The translations under genes and the position numbers were made by a program. A stretch of 25,339 nucleotides of DNA. It comes from a virus. Lineage: Duplodnaviria; Caudoviricetes. The first letter of the stretch is position 1, and every line of letters starts with the position of its first letter. The notes under the pieces were generated by a model. It made no database searches and was not told the DNA's origin. It worked only from the letters and a program-made list of their open reading frames with translations. Below, piece after piece: positions 24,095 to 25,339 of the stretch. The stretch is taken from IMG/VR virus record IMGVR_UViG_3300009686_000018, positions 1 to 25,339 of that record, one strand, 5' to 3'.

Positions 24095-25144
24095 ATGGCT
24101 AGTATACGAAAGATAAAGGATGGAAAGTTTCAAGCGACCGTTTATGTTGGTCGAGATAGCGATGGAAAGCAATTAAGGAAGTATGTTACGGCTAATACAG
24201 AAAAAGAGTGTAAGGCTAAAGCTAGAGCCTTAGAAACAGAAGTTGAAGAAGGTAAGTTTATTAATATAAGTAATATGCGTGTAGGCAAGTGGCTTGATGA
24301 GTGGTTAGAGTTAAATAGAAATGCTTTGGCTCCTTCAACTTATGTACTTTATAAAGGATATATTAAAAATCACTATAAACCTACCCTTGGCAATCTGAAG
24401 CTGTCGCAGTTGAATGAAATCCACATTAAAAAGTTTGTTAATGAGAAATTAGAAACACAAGCACAGAACACAGTTAGAAAGTTGATATTTGTACTTCGTA
24501 AGGCATTAAATGAGGGCATGAAGGACAAAAACCCAATGAAGGATGTAGAAGTGCCTAGCAAACAAAAGACACGATTTAGGTTAGTTACAGAGGCAGAATT
24601 TAATATTATCCATAAAGAGGCTAAGAAAACTATCTTTGACGAGTGTATAATCTTGTTAGCAGCTTGGGGAGGACTAAGACGAGGTGAAATCTTCGCATTG
24701 AAGCCTGACGATATTTTTATAAAAGAAAGCGTAATAAGAATTGATGAAGCAAGTTCGATTTCAGAAGATGGGTATAAGGATAAAAGGCCAAAATCTGAAA
24801 ATGGTTTTAGAGATGTAACAATTCCTAAATATTTGATGGATCTAATTGTAAGATATAGAAAAGAGCAAGGTAAAATTACAGATAGATTATTTAATATGCG
24901 ACCTGACCGTTATAGCCATAGATACAAAGAACTTCTAAACCGCACTACTTTGTGCGGTGAGAATATAGTTTTCCATGATTTAAGACATTATCACGCTAGT
25001 TGGTTATATAAAAATGGTATGCCCGATTTATATTCAGCTGAACGCTTGGGACACGATATTAATACCCTAAAACAAATCTATCAACACATGGACAAGAGTA
25101 TTAAGCTTGAAAACGATAAAAAAATAATTGACATGATACAATGA
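24095..25144 (+). CDS. int: tyrosine integrase
   Basis: Arm-binding N-terminus; catalytic GLRRGE, PKS, FHDLRH, LGH, IYQH all present. Confidence 0.95.
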   Translation: MASIRKIKDGKFQATVYVGRDSDGKQLRKYVTANTEKECKAKARALETEVEEGKFINISNMRVGKWLDEWLELNRNALAPSTYVLYKGYIKNHYKPTLGNLKLSQLNEIHIKKFVNEKLETQAQNTVRKLIFVLRKALNEGMKDKNPMKDVEVPSKQKTRFRLVTEAEFNIIHKEAKKTIFDECIILLAAWGGLRRGEIFALKPDDIFIKESVIRIDEASSISEDGYKDKRPKSENGFRDVTIPKYLMDLIVRYRKEQGKITDRLFNMRPDRYSHRYKELLNRTTLCGENIVFHDLRHYHASWLYKNGMPDLYSAERLGHDINTLKQIYQHMDKSIKLENDKKIIDMIQ

Positions 25145-25179
25145 AAAAGTTTTGTGCGTTATTTGGTCGGTATTGGTAT

Positions 25180-25212
25180 AAAAAAAGTACTTCATCAAAA
25201 TCAATGAAGTAC
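25180..25212 (-). terminator. intrinsic terminator downstream of the tRNA 3' end
   Basis: Minus strand GTACTTCAT-8nt-ATGAAGTAC followed by seven T, starting 5 nt after the CCA. Confidence 0.8.
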
Positions 25213-25217
25213 AGTGT

Positions 25218-25276
25218 TGGTGCGGATGACAGGAATCGAACCTGCATGCCGTAGGCGCTAGATCCTAAGTCTAGTG
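25218..25276 (-). tRNA. 3' part of tRNA-Leu(TAG); att core, not a complete tRNA gene
   Basis: CA-CTAGA-CTTAGGA-TCTAG (anticodon arm, TAG), long variable arm, GCAGG-TTCGATT-CCTGT, CATCCGC-A-CCA. D arm and 5' acceptor strand are absent. Confidence 0.9.
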
Positions 25277-25339
25277 ATATACGTTGCGTAACTAAAATGT
25301 AAAATGTTGAAATCTGAACACATTGCAAATATATTAAAA

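Noticed and set aside
24373-24561. 62-aa ORF antisense to the integrase
   Set aside because: Shadow of int; no supporting signals.
25101-25328. 75-aa minus-strand ORF
   Set aside because: Translates through the tRNA fragment and terminator; spurious.
25218-25339. Complete tRNA-Leu gene
   Set aside because: No D arm or GCGGATG 5' acceptor strand upstream of the anticodon arm within the window.
1-25339. CRISPR array, DGR/reverse transcriptase, retron or alternative genetic code
   Set aside because: No regularly spaced repeats, no RT motifs, and genes end normally at TAA, TAG and TGA.

Overview
About 25 kb of a temperate, low-GC Firmicutes (Clostridia-like, inferred from protein style and SD/sigmaA signals) HK97-type tailed phage. 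Almost all genes lie on the minus strand. From right to left: a tRNA-Leu(TAG) 3'-half att core, tyrosine integrase and CI repressor (+), then cro, antirepressor, Lar, ERF/DUF1351/NinB recombination genes, replication initiator, three orphan DNA methyltransferases, SSB, RinA-type late activator, HNH, putative cos, TerS, TerL, portal, Clp-type protease, major capsid and neck genes. Most notable observations: (1) a ~1 kb cassette (autoregulated RHH gene, back-to-back consensus promoters, HNH-type homing-endonuclease-like gene) sits exactly after the catalytic DIPYN codons of a methyltransferase 5' stub and ends in a silently recoded second 5' end that gives a complete gene; (2) the portal carries an in-frame C-terminal HAD phosphatase and the packaging HNH carries a P-loop kinase, together resembling a split polynucleotide kinase/phosphatase; (3) three genes have an SD pointing at a non-standard start (ACG, ATA, and an ATG that needs a +1 shift at CCC-TTT-T); (4) the att geometry looks like attP or a tandem junction, not an ordinary prophage end. 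All family calls are from motif recognition by eye; no database searches were run.
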